This document shows positions 10,220 through 19,714 of a stretch of 64,000 bases of DNA, in pieces. Position 1 is the stretch's first letter; every line of letters begins with the position of its first letter. A model generated the notes under the pieces. It was not told the origin of the DNA. It did not search any database and saw nothing but the letters and a program-made list of their open reading frames with translations. The stretch is from NCBI RefSeq assembly GCF_913776295.1, contig NZ_CAJYOJ010000065.1:32813-96812 (forward strand), written 5' to 3'. The DNA is from an uncultured Pedobacter sp. (GTDB lineage Bacteria; Bacteroidota; Bacteroidia; Sphingobacteriales; Sphingobacteriaceae). The translations under genes and the position numbers were made by a program.

Positions 10220-10996
10220 TTACAGATCATTCAGTTCTATCCAAACAGGTCCGTGGTCGCTTGTTTTTTCCCATCCCCTAACGTTTTTATCCACTCCCGC
10301 TGATTTTAAGCGATCGCTCACCTGAGGACTCAATAAAAAATGGTCAATTCTCAATCCTGCATTTCTGCCATAAGCATTACGGAAGTAATCCCAAAAGGTA
10401 TATATGGTTTCTGTCGGATATAATTTCCTGATCGCATCTGTCCAGCCTTGTGCCATTAAATTTTGAAATGCCTGTCGGGTTTCGGGGCGGAACAATGCAT
10501 CTTCAACCCATCTTTCAGGTTTATAGGCATCCAGTTCTGTAGGAATTACATTATAATCTCCTGCCAAAACAACAGGTATATTCCGCGATAACAAAGTTGC
10601 TGCATGTGCAGCAAAGCGTTCAAACCATTGCAGTTTATAATCAAATTTAGGTCCTGGTGCCGGGTTGCCATTTGGCAGGTACAAACAACCAATTACAACA
10701 TTGTTTACCATAGCTTCTATATACCTGCTGTGCAAATCTTCAGGATCTCCATCTAAACCGCGCCTGAGTTCTTTTATTTCTACATTTCTGGCAAGTATGG
10801 CTACTCCGTTCCAGCTTTTCTGACCGTGCCAGATCGCATGGTAACCTGCATTTTTAATCGCCTCTTCAGGAAATTTTTCCTGAGGGGCCTTTAGTTCCTG
10901 CAGGCATACCACATCTGGCTGGGTTTCTTCCAACCAACGTAAAAGTACAGGCAAACGGCCATTTACACCATTCACATTATAAGTAGCTATTTTCAT
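10220..10996 (-). CDS. xth: Exodeoxyribonuclease III / AP endonuclease
   Basis: ATYNVNG, CLQELK, YLPNG, GDYNV, LRIDH and SDHGP catalytic motifs. Confidence 0.95.
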   Translation of the reverse strand: MKIATYNVNGVNGRLPVLLRWLEETQPDVVCLQELKAPQEKFPEEAIKNAGYHAIWHGQKSWNGVAILARNVEIKELRRGLDGDPEDLHSRYIEAMVNNVVIGCLYLPNGNPAPGPKFDYKLQWFERFAAHAATLLSRNIPVVLAGDYNVIPTELDAYKPERWVEDALFRPETRQAFQNLMAQGWTDAIRKLYPTETIYTFWDYFRNAYGRNAGLRIDHFLLSPQVSDRLKSAGVDKNVRGWEKTSDHGPVWIELNDL

Positions 10997-11138
10997 TTTA
11001 TAAATCTCCGCATTAAAAACCTAAAAACAGAAAATCCTTATATTTTAATCTTAAAAGCAATATTTCATACCTCAATTAACGATAATTTAAAATTTGGCGT
11101 TATCTTGCCGCTCATTTAGCGTAACCGTTCCAATAATC

Positions 11139-11597
11139 ATGTTCCAGGCAGTCATAAATAATCATTCTGCTGAGCCAAAAGAAATCTGTTGGCTTTATAA
11201 CCGATATGCTCCCATGCTGCTGGGCTATATCAATGGTATTGTACAAGACCCTAAAAAATCCGAAGATCATCTCATCGCTATTCTTACTTCATTCGTAAAG
11301 GATGTTGTCGTTTTACCAGAAAAAAGCAGGTTAAATATCTGGCTGGAACTTCGTCAATATGCACAAAGTAAATTAACTTTGTACACGGCTAAAAGCCATC
11401 AGTCAAATCTCGACCAATCAATACATAACGGTAAGCTGGATTTGTTAGATGATTTACAAAAAAAGATATTCTGTGCGGTATATTATCATGGAAAATCAAT
11501 TCAGTACCTGGCGGCAACAATTGGATGTGATGAAAGCGAAATCCGCAATCAGTTAAAATTATCAATCGATAAAATGAGGAGGGCAAGTGGAAATTAA
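11139..11597 (+). CDS. Degenerate ECF sigma-factor-like protein
   Basis: Region-2-like LYNRYAPMLLGYI..IV.D....ED and region-4-like LDDLQKKIFCAVYYHGKS..LA, but GTVKSR is replaced by SEIRNQ. ATG 11139 is preferred over the ORF-track start at 11094. Confidence 0.7.
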   Translation: MFQAVINNHSAEPKEICWLYNRYAPMLLGYINGIVQDPKKSEDHLIAILTSFVKDVVVLPEKSRLNIWLELRQYAQSKLTLYTAKSHQSNLDQSIHNGKLDLLDDLQKKIFCAVYYHGKSIQYLAATIGCDESEIRNQLKLSIDKMRRASGN

Positions 11598-12081
11598 TAA
11601 AATTATTGAGAGCGGTTTAATGGAAACCTATGTGATGGGAATCGCCACCGAAGAAGAGGTAAAGAAAGTCTTATCACTAAAAAAAGAATATCCGGCATTT
11701 AAAGACGCTCTGGAGCAGCTGGAGTATGATATGGAGCTACTGGCACAAAGCATGGGCATTGAACCACCTGCCGGCACTTTAGCTAAAATTGAGCATGGAA
11801 TCAATGAAATACAGCGCCAAAACCAATCTGTACAAACTGCCTTCAATCCAGAGTATAGCTCTGATAAAACCCAGCCAGATAACAGACAAGAAAAATATAT
11901 AGAGGTAGAATCAGAATCTAACCAAATGCACGTAAATAAAGCCTGGAAATGGGTATTTATCGCCGTTTTTGTATTGGGCAAAATATTTCTGGCCTGTGCT
12001 ATTTATTTTTATCTGGAAAACAGACAGGTGAAGGAGCAAATTAAGGAATTAAAAATAGAGATAAAACAGAAGATAAGGTAA
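11587..12081 (+). CDS. Anti-sigma-factor-like membrane protein (short)
   Basis: N-terminus IIESGLMETYVMGIATEEE resembles Bacteroidota anti-sigma domains; one TM helix, then only about 20 aa; GTG start overlaps the upstream stop. Confidence 0.7.
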   Translation: MEINKIIESGLMETYVMGIATEEEVKKVLSLKKEYPAFKDALEQLEYDMELLAQSMGIEPPAGTLAKIEHGINEIQRQNQSVQTAFNPEYSSDKTQPDNRQEKYIEVESESNQMHVNKAWKWVFIAVFVLGKIFLACAIYFYLENRQVKEQIKELKIEIKQKIR

Positions 12082-12190
12082 GATGTGCTGGATGTATCAG
12101 ACAAACCTATCTTTTTAAAACCAATACTAAACTGAAATGTTTAGTTGTTAAGATTCATTCGTGTTTGAGCGCATGTTTGAGTTTAGATAT

Positions 12191-12222
12191 GGGGATAGGC
12201 TGCTAGTCTATCCCCTTTTTTT
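12191..12222 (+). terminator. Intrinsic terminator
   Basis: ggggatagg/tctatcccc stem plus T7. Confidence 0.75.
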
Positions 12223-12226
12223 ATAT

Positions 12227-12616
12227 TCAAACCGTTTTTGTTTCTAACAATGTCTTTATTTTTTGTCGGAGGTCCGCTATCTCAAAAGGCTTTTCAATGG
12301 TATCGTCAGGTGAGCAATTTAAATTATCCATATTTACAGCTGAAAGCAATATCACCGGAACTGAGGCTGTTTGAGGATCAAATTTTAATCTATTGCAAAT
12401 ATCCCGACCATCATGTTTGCCTATAAGTATATCCAACAGAATGAGGTCTGGCAGAAAATCAGTAATGGTTTCTTTTAATTGAAATTCATCAGCATCCAAA
12501 ATGCCTTTTATATGATAATGTTCTTCCTCAAAAATTAACTTTATAATATCATGAATGTTTTCGTCATCATCAATTATAAGAATTTTCTTAACTAGCGGGC
12601 TGCTCATAGTCAACAA
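12227..12616 (-). CDS. Single-domain response regulator (receiver only)
   Basis: ILIIDDD, PDLILLD, PVILLSA and IEKPF motifs. Confidence 0.92.
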   Translation of the reverse strand: MLTMSSPLVKKILIIDDDENIHDIIKLIFEEEHYHIKGILDADEFQLKETITDFLPDLILLDILIGKHDGRDICNRLKFDPQTASVPVILLSAVNMDNLNCSPDDTIEKPFEIADLRQKIKTLLETKTV

Positions 12617-12683
12617 AGCTAGCGCAAGTGAATGGGTTCAGACAGCGTATTTATACCTGAATTTACCGAAAAGATGACCAATA

Positions 12684-13202
12684 TCAGGCAGCTAAACCTG
12701 CTTTATAATTTTTAAGCATCTTTTTCAGCAGCCCTCTAGCCACATGTATTTTAGTTTTTACCGTACCTAGCGGAATGTCTAACTCGGCAGCAATTTCGTG
12801 ATATTTATAACCTTCAAAGTAGCGGCAAAAGCAAAACCTACAGTCCTCAGGTAAGGCATTTAGTGATTTCTGTATATCCTCCATGATAAACTTGGTAGCT
12901 CCGCCATTTAAAGAGGCGCTTGGAACCAGTTGCACGGAAGTCAAATCATCTTCCTGCTGGATCATTTCATTTTTACGCTTCACTTTATAATAATGATTGA
13001 GAAAAGTATTTTTCAGGATGGTGAAAAGCCATGCCCTCACGTTGCTTCCCATTTCAAATTTGGCCGAAAACCTAAAGGCTTTCATAAAAGTATCCTGAAC
13101 TAAATCAGCGGCGTCATCTTCATCATGTGTGTACGCTAATGCGCGATCGAAAAGTGGTTGCCTGTATTGGTAAATGTCGCAATTGAAATTTAAAGTATCC
13201 AT
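12684..13202 (-). CDS. ECF sigma-70 factor (intact)
   Basis: AADLVQDTF, GSNVRAWLFTILKN and GYKYHEIAAELDIPLGTVKTKIH motifs. Start probably ATG 13202 (alternative 13226). Confidence 0.92.
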   Translation of the reverse strand: MDTLNFNCDIYQYRQPLFDRALAYTHDEDDAADLVQDTFMKAFRFSAKFEMGSNVRAWLFTILKNTFLNHYYKVKRKNEMIQQEDDLTSVQLVPSASLNGGATKFIMEDIQKSLNALPEDCRFCFCRYFEGYKYHEIAAELDIPLGTVKTKIHVARGLLKKMLKNYKAGLAA

Positions 13203-13327
13203 AATTCGTTTTAAGGCTGATGTCAATATTCAACAAACAGCAACTCCTTATGTTATTTGTAGAAATACCCGATTTTTTACGGTTTATTCTAAACACTTAA
13301 AAAAGGGCCGAAAAACGATCAAAAATA

Positions 13328-13978
13328 CTAGTCTACATAACCATTTCGCATGGCAAAACGAACTAAAGATGCGGAATTTTTTGTACCTGTTTTGCTGATT
13401 AAAGCTTCTCTTTGGCTCTCTACAGTTCGCCTGCTCAGGTATAATTTATCAGCTATTTCCTGGTTAGTTAATCCGTCAGCAATGAGTTTTAACACATTAA
13501 TTTCGCGCTCCGTAAAGTTGATTTCCGTATTCATTTTTCGCGAGAGTATATTCAACTGCATATTAAAACGCTCTAAAATGGAGATGCATAAATTAGAAGA
13601 AAGGTACCGTTTTCCCTTCATTACATGCTTTAGGCAAAACAACAGTTCGTCTTCTTCAATATCTTTTGACAGATAAGCAAAAGCTCCTGATACAAAAGCA
13701 TTTGACGCATACTTTTCATCATCTAAAATAGATAAAACAACTACTTTAGCGGTGTATTTACGTGCTTTAATCGTACTGGCCAAGGCGATCCCATCCAGCC
13801 TTGGCATTACAATATCTGATAAAATGATATCAGCTTTTATTCCTTTTTCCAAAAGCTCCAAGACTGCTAAACCGTCCGGAACTTCTGCAACAACATTGAT
13901 GCCTTCGTGTTTTTCTATAAGCGCTTTAAGTGAGGTCCGGATAATATGGTGATCATCCGCAAGAATAATGTTAATCAT
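13328..13978 (-). CDS. NarL/FixJ family response regulator (REC-LuxR HTH)
   Basis: ILADDH..SDIVMPRLDG receiver; FTEREINVLKLIADGLTNQEIADKLYLSRRTVE HTH. Confidence 0.93.
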   Translation of the reverse strand: MINIILADDHHIIRTSLKALIEKHEGINVVAEVPDGLAVLELLEKGIKADIILSDIVMPRLDGIALASTIKARKYTAKVVVLSILDDEKYASNAFVSGAFAYLSKDIEEDELLFCLKHVMKGKRYLSSNLCISILERFNMQLNILSRKMNTEINFTEREINVLKLIADGLTNQEIADKLYLSRRTVESQREALISKTGTKNSASLVRFAMRNGYVD

Positions 13979-14018
13979 AATTCAAATATAACTTACGCCG
14001 TTTTAAAATTAAAAACGA

Positions 14019-15095
14019 CTACTTAGGCAGCTCAATATAGAAGGTTGTTCCAACACCGGTTTTGCTCTCAAACCATATTTTTCCCTGATGTAAATCTACA
14101 ATGGCCTTGATTATGCCCATACCAAATCCTCCTGATTCTTCGCCCTTAAGTCCAGGCCTCAACGTTTCGGGCAAATGATTAAAAAGTCCTGCCTGCAGCT
14201 CTTCCGGAATCCCTATTCCATCATCGGCAACGGTAATCAGAACAGTACTTTCATATTCTTCGGCATGTATCGTAATATTACCATAATCGGCAGTAAATTT
14301 TATGGAGTTTGAGATAAGGTTATTAATAACCTGTATAAACTTCATAGAATCAAGACGTAGATAAATCTGTTCAGCAGAGCTGGTAAATTTAATATGCTTC
14401 ATTTTGCCCAGCTTCGATCGTTTATAGAAACGAACCACATCTTTAAGTTCCCAAACCAGATCGGCACGCTCTTTACGGATTTCGACCACAGACGATTTTA
14501 AAAATTCCTTGTTAACCATACTCCGTACCAAAAGTAGGTTACGCTCACACATATCCTGAATAAATGCCAGCGAATTGATCATCCGCTCATCACCTGTTTG
14601 TGCAATCCCCTCTTTCATAGATGAAGCAATTAATTTCATCATGCCCAGTGGTTCTTTTAAATCGTGAGCCAATACTTCCAGGGTTATGTTTTTTCGTGCG
14701 TTTATCTGTTCGATGTGGATTTTATTATGTCGCATTACCGTGATGTCTTCAACTGTACCGACTAAAAGCTTAACTGCACCATTAGTAACAGAAAATACGA
14801 TTACCCGGACATACTTCTCTCTATCTAGAAACAGTAAACGAAATTCATATTTGTTTTCCTTATCCTCTTCAAGGCATTCTTTATAACAGTTCCTTACATG
14901 CGTCAAATCTTCAGGATGCACCCTTTTTAAAAGCAACTTCGGATCAGCAATAACTTCATCAGAGTGGAGTTCCCAGATGTTACTTAATGATTTATTTAGA
15001 TATGAAAAAGTTTGCGATGTGTAGTTAAAAATAAAATATCCGTCAACAGAACGGTCGCCTAGATTACAAAAAAGCTCTTTATTCAATTCGACCAT
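14019..15095 (-). CDS. Cytoplasmic PAS-domain sensor histidine kinase
   Basis: PAS (VHPEDL), H-box LAHDLKEPL, N-box NNLISNSIKF, G1 VADDGIGIP, G2 GGFGMG; no TM segment. Confidence 0.92.
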   Translation of the reverse strand: MVELNKELFCNLGDRSVDGYFIFNYTSQTFSYLNKSLSNIWELHSDEVIADPKLLLKRVHPEDLTHVRNCYKECLEEDKENKYEFRLLFLDREKYVRVIVFSVTNGAVKLLVGTVEDITVMRHNKIHIEQINARKNITLEVLAHDLKEPLGMMKLIASSMKEGIAQTGDERMINSLAFIQDMCERNLLLVRSMVNKEFLKSSVVEIRKERADLVWELKDVVRFYKRSKLGKMKHIKFTSSAEQIYLRLDSMKFIQVINNLISNSIKFTADYGNITIHAEEYESTVLITVADDGIGIPEELQAGLFNHLPETLRPGLKGEESGGFGMGIIKAIVDLHQGKIWFESKTGVGTTFYIELPK

Positions 15096-15694
15096 GATAT
15101 AATTTTTGATAATTTGACAATAAACGATATAATAATAAATCAGCAGTCACATCTCAAACAGTAGAGGAGTGAAAATGTTTTATACAAAAAATAGGTGCGC
15201 ACTATTGCAGGAAAGGACATCCAGACCAGGATGAATTACTTTAGGGAAATTAACATTTTCCACATATTGTTTAAAAATATTTACCCAGTTAAAACCAACT
15301 ATTACCTAAATTGTTAAGCATAAAAGAAAGATAAAAAAGTCCTGTGAGCGGGAGATCCGCGGAGGGCAGGCACACCATAAGGAAGAAATAATTCCTCTTA
15401 ACAATAGCCATCATAAAAGGTGGCTATTTTGTTTATCTTTCATGTATAAAATTTTTATTTGTCTTGAGCTGTTTTATTCACTACAATTGATTCGATGTGA
15501 TGATAAATCGATCTGAAATCCCCCTACGCCTCTTCATGTTTTATTCATAAAACAAATGGCATAGAATAAAACTACAGAAAACGATTTAATCAAATAGACA
15601 AGTTTTTTTATCACAATGCCTCACTAAGAAGTTACGCAGCAATAAGTTAAATTTTACCATATTTGATCATTCCTTATTTTGAATAAAACCGGAA

Positions 15695-18112
15695 ATGATT
15701 AAAAAACTAAGCCTTTATTTATGGATAGCAGGCACTTGTATTTCGCTTCATTCTGCGGCACAAGATGCAGTAAGCTACCAAACTCCCCCAAAAGAAATTG
15801 CCGACTTATTACTGGCTAAACCAACTCCCAGCGTAAGCATAGATGGCAAAGCTGAATGGATCTTGTTCAGCGAGCGTAATTCCTATCCTTCGGTAGCAGA
15901 ATTGGCTATGCCTGAATATAGAATTGCGGGATTAAGATTAAATCCGAATAATTACTCGCCAAGCAGACAAACCTATATCAACAATTTCAGTTTAAAAAAT
16001 ATTAAATCCAATCAAAATTTTCAGGTAACCGGCTTGCCCAATCCATTGTATGCTGGCAACGTTAGCTGGAATCCATCTGAAAATAAGATTGCTTTTACAC
16101 ATACTACTCAAAAAGGAGTTGATCTATATATCATTGATCTGGCTACAAAAAAAGCGACTAAAATCAATAAGGCTTTTTTAAACGTAGTTTTAGGAAGTGG
16201 TCTTACCTGGTTAAATGATCAAACCGTTATTTACCGTACGGTAACCAAGCCTGCCAGTGCCGCCCCTACAAAACCATTAATGCCTAAAGGGCCAACCATC
16301 CAGCAAAATTTAGGAAAAGCTGCACCCAGCGCTACTTTCCAGGATCTGATCAAATCACCGTTTGATGAACAGTTGTTTGAATTTTTTGCTACCTCGCAAT
16401 TGGTTAAAAACACGGCCGGAGTAGAAACGCCCATTGGTAAGCCGGCTATTTATGGCTTAACCAGTTTATCACCCGATAAAAATTATATGATGGTTGAAAC
16501 CATCCATAAACCATTTTCCTACCTCGTTTCGGCTTATGGCTTTCCATCTACAGTAAGTATCAACGATTTGTCGGGTAAAACTATTAAGGTTATTGCCGAA
16601 CTACCATCATCGGAAGGTACGCCATCTGGTTATGATAATACACAAGACGTACCTCGGGCTTTCGACTGGAGGGATGATGAACCGGCTACATTGGTATGGA
16701 GCAAGCCTCTGGATAGTGGTTTGATTAAAAAAAATGTTCCCTATCATGATGCAGTATATGCGTTAAGTGCACCTTTTACCGGAACAGGGAAAGAATTATT
16801 TAAAACACAGACCCGTTACCGAGGTGTACAATGGGGCGATGCCAACCTTGCACTTATTATGGAAGGCCTACGCAGCAAACAAACCACTAAAGTAAGCCGC
16901 TATAACCCTACAACAGGAACGGTAGAAGAACTGTACAGCCGTAACCAAACAGATGCATATGGAAACCCAGGTTCCCCGGTTACGATCAAAAATAAATACG
17001 GCAGACAAGTAATTAAAACGGTTGATAATGGCACTAAACTGCTGATGAACAATATTGTGGGTTCATCAGAAAAAGGAGATTTACCGTTCCTGGCTAAATT
17101 TGATTTAAGCACTAAAAAGAACGAGATTATCTGGCGCAGTGCCGAAGGAACGTTCGAGTATGTAAGTGATGTAGTCAATCCTGATAAACTGATTTTAATT
17201 ACCCGTAAAGAAAGTCAAAAATTAGCACCTAATTATTTTATTAAAAACCTGTTGCTTCGTGTTGCCGACCAGCCTATCACCAATTTCACTAACCCATACC
17301 CATCGTTGGAAGGCATTACCAAACAAAAAATTTCTTATAAACGTGCAGATGGAGTTGATTTAACCGGCGATTTGTATTTACCAAGGGGATATAACAAAGA
17401 TAAAGATGGCCCGCTACCAACTTTAATCTGGGCTTATCCACGCGAATTTAATTCTGCGGCTGATGCTGCACAGATCCGCGGATCGAAAGATAAATTCACA
17501 ACCATAAGCTGGGCCTCTCCTATTTTTTGGGTAACCCGCGGATATGCTGTGTTAGATAATGCCGAAATGCCAATTGTGGCCAAAGATGGTAAAAAACCTA
17601 ATGATACCTTTGTAGATCAATTACAGCTAAATGCTGAAGCAGCGATTAATAAGTTGGCTGATTTAGGTGTTGGCGATAAAAAACGTATGGCTGTTGGTGG
17701 CCACAGTTATGGTGCATTTATGACTGCAAACCTATTGGCCCATACTCATCTTTTTGCCGCAGGTATTGCCCGAAGCGGAGCATACAACCGTACGCTTACA
17801 CCATTCGGTTTTCAGAACGAGGAACGTACCTATTGGCAGGCACCTCAGTTATATTATGAAATGAGTCCGTTTAGTTATGCTGATAAAATTAAAACACCAT
17901 TGTTATTGATCCATGGCGACTTAGACGATAATCCGGGTACTTTCCCCATTAACAGCGAACGTTTGTTCAATGCCATTAAAGGTGCAGGAGGTACAACCCG
18001 ATTTGTGTTTCTACCATATGAAGCACATAGCTATCGTGGCAAAGAAAACCTGCTGCACATGCTTTGGGAGCAAGACCAGTGGTTAGAAAAATATGTTAAA
18101 AACAAAAAATAA
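15695..18112 (+). CDS. S9 family (prolyl oligopeptidase-like) secreted peptidase
   Basis: Signal peptide; GGHSYG nucleophile motif, LIHGDLDDN and YEAHSY catalytic triad segments. Confidence 0.93.
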   Translation: MIKKLSLYLWIAGTCISLHSAAQDAVSYQTPPKEIADLLLAKPTPSVSIDGKAEWILFSERNSYPSVAELAMPEYRIAGLRLNPNNYSPSRQTYINNFSLKNIKSNQNFQVTGLPNPLYAGNVSWNPSENKIAFTHTTQKGVDLYIIDLATKKATKINKAFLNVVLGSGLTWLNDQTVIYRTVTKPASAAPTKPLMPKGPTIQQNLGKAAPSATFQDLIKSPFDEQLFEFFATSQLVKNTAGVETPIGKPAIYGLTSLSPDKNYMMVETIHKPFSYLVSAYGFPSTVSINDLSGKTIKVIAELPSSEGTPSGYDNTQDVPRAFDWRDDEPATLVWSKPLDSGLIKKNVPYHDAVYALSAPFTGTGKELFKTQTRYRGVQWGDANLALIMEGLRSKQTTKVSRYNPTTGTVEELYSRNQTDAYGNPGSPVTIKNKYGRQVIKTVDNGTKLLMNNIVGSSEKGDLPFLAKFDLSTKKNEIIWRSAEGTFEYVSDVVNPDKLILITRKESQKLAPNYFIKNLLLRVADQPITNFTNPYPSLEGITKQKISYKRADGVDLTGDLYLPRGYNKDKDGPLPTLIWAYPREFNSAADAAQIRGSKDKFTTISWASPIFWVTRGYAVLDNAEMPIVAKDGKKPNDTFVDQLQLNAEAAINKLADLGVGDKKRMAVGGHSYGAFMTANLLAHTHLFAAGIARSGAYNRTLTPFGFQNEERTYWQAPQLYYEMSPFSYADKIKTPLLLIHGDLDDNPGTFPINSERLFNAIKGAGGTTRFVFLPYEAHSYRGKENLLHMLWEQDQWLEKYVKNKK

Positions 18113-18134
18113 TATCTCTCTACCTATATCAATC

Positions 18135-18165
18135 AAAATGCCCCCATATGGGGCATTTTTTGTTT
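18135..18165 (+). terminator. Intrinsic terminator
   Basis: aaaatgcccc/ggggcatttt stem plus T tract. Confidence 0.8.
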
Positions 18166-18414
18166 ATCGTGCTTCTAAATTGCTTGCTGTGCTGTCAGAT
18201 ATTTCTATCTGAAACTGATCACATTCTGAAATCCAATATTTCAGTAGCCAGCTGTCAGCTGGTAACAACTGACAGCACATTCGATAATTTAATGCTCATT
18301 TTTTACTCTTTGCTCCATGCTACTCTCCAATTTTGCCATTGCACATTTCCACACTAAAACCTTACATTTATACAATAAAATTGAACATTCCCTTTATTAA
18401 TTTGTTAAGTCATT

Positions 18415-19308
18415 ATGGACTACATAGACTATTATAAAATCCTCGATTTAAAAAAAGATGCAACCACAGAGGATATTAAAAAAGCTTATAGAAAATTAGC
18501 CCGCAAACACCATCCGGATCTTAATCCCAATAACGAAGAGGCAAACAAAAAGTTTCAGCAAATTAATGAGGCTAACGAAGTTTTAAGCGATCCCGAAAAA
18601 AGAAAGAAATACGATAAATACGGAAAAGATTGGCAGCACGCCGATCAGCTGGATGCCCAGCAACAACAGCAAAGGCAATATCAATCGCAAGGGCAATCTT
18701 ACGGCGGAAGCAGCTATTCTGGTGGTTTTGGCGGTGAAGACTTTTCTGATTTCTTTTCTTCTATGTTTGGTGGAGGAGGAAGAAGCAGTAGAAATTCGCC
18801 ATTTAAAGGCCAGGACTATAGTGCCGAGTTACAATTGAATTTGCTTGATGCCTATACTACACATAAACAAACCTTAACTGTTAACGGCAAACAGGTACGT
18901 ATTACCATTCCGGCAGGAGTTGAAAACGGACAAAAGATCAAACTTCCGGGTTATGGTGCTCCTGGTGTCAATAATGGGCCTCCAGGCGATCTATACATCA
19001 AATTCAATATTAGTGATCATCCCAAATTCAAAAGGAAAGGGAACGATATTTACATTCAGGAAGAAATAGATCTCTATACAGCGATTTTAGGTGGCGAAAA
19101 AATTGTAGAAACCTTAAATGGCAAAGTCAAGCTTAAAGTACCGGAAGGCACACAGCCCGATACTACGTTAAGATTGAAAGGCAAAGGGTTTCCGGTTTAC
19201 AAAAAAGAAAACCAGTTTGGCGATCTGTATATTAAATGGCAGGTAAAGATACCCACTAATTTAAATGCTGAACAAAAAGAACTATTCGAAAAACTTTCCA
19301 AATCATAA
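18415..19308 (+). CDS. cbpA: DnaJ-class co-chaperone CbpA (no zinc finger)
   Basis: J domain with HPD, G/F-rich linker, DnaJ_C, no CxxCxGxG; followed by cbpM. Confidence 0.85.
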   Translation: MDYIDYYKILDLKKDATTEDIKKAYRKLARKHHPDLNPNNEEANKKFQQINEANEVLSDPEKRKKYDKYGKDWQHADQLDAQQQQQRQYQSQGQSYGGSSYSGGFGGEDFSDFFSSMFGGGGRSSRNSPFKGQDYSAELQLNLLDAYTTHKQTLTVNGKQVRITIPAGVENGQKIKLPGYGAPGVNNGPPGDLYIKFNISDHPKFKRKGNDIYIQEEIDLYTAILGGEKIVETLNGKVKLKVPEGTQPDTTLRLKGKGFPVYKKENQFGDLYIKWQVKIPTNLNAEQKELFEKLSKS

Positions 19309-19313
19309 CCATT

Positions 19314-19619
19314 ATGGAAACTTATCTCATACCTGTAGAAGACATCTGCGCTTATCACCATGTAGAAATCAACTTTATCCATTCTCTGGAAGATTTTGGA
19401 TTGATCCAAACTACTATAAAAAAGCAATCTGTTTTTTTACCTGTTGACGAATTGACTAAACTGGAGCAGTACCTTCGATTGGCTAACGATCTCCAGATTA
19501 ACTTGGAAGGTATTCATGCCGTTTCGCACCTGCTCAATCAATTGCAAAATATGCAGCAGCAAATCACCGTGCTTCAGAACGAATTAAATTATTACAGGCA
19601 GCTTAACCATCAACCATAA
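19314..19619 (+). CDS. cbpM: Chaperone modulator CbpM (MerR-like)
   Basis: LEDFGLI...RLANDLQINLEGIHAVSHLL pattern; directly downstream of cbpA. Confidence 0.85.
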   Translation: METYLIPVEDICAYHHVEINFIHSLEDFGLIQTTIKKQSVFLPVDELTKLEQYLRLANDLQINLEGIHAVSHLLNQLQNMQQQITVLQNELNYYRQLNHQP

Positions 19620-19714
19620 ATAACCATGTATGCCATGTTTTTGGATCAAAGGGCTGAATAAAACCATAACTTTTACAAGATAAGTTTCTTAAATTGGCAA
19701 TCTAATTTTAAAAA

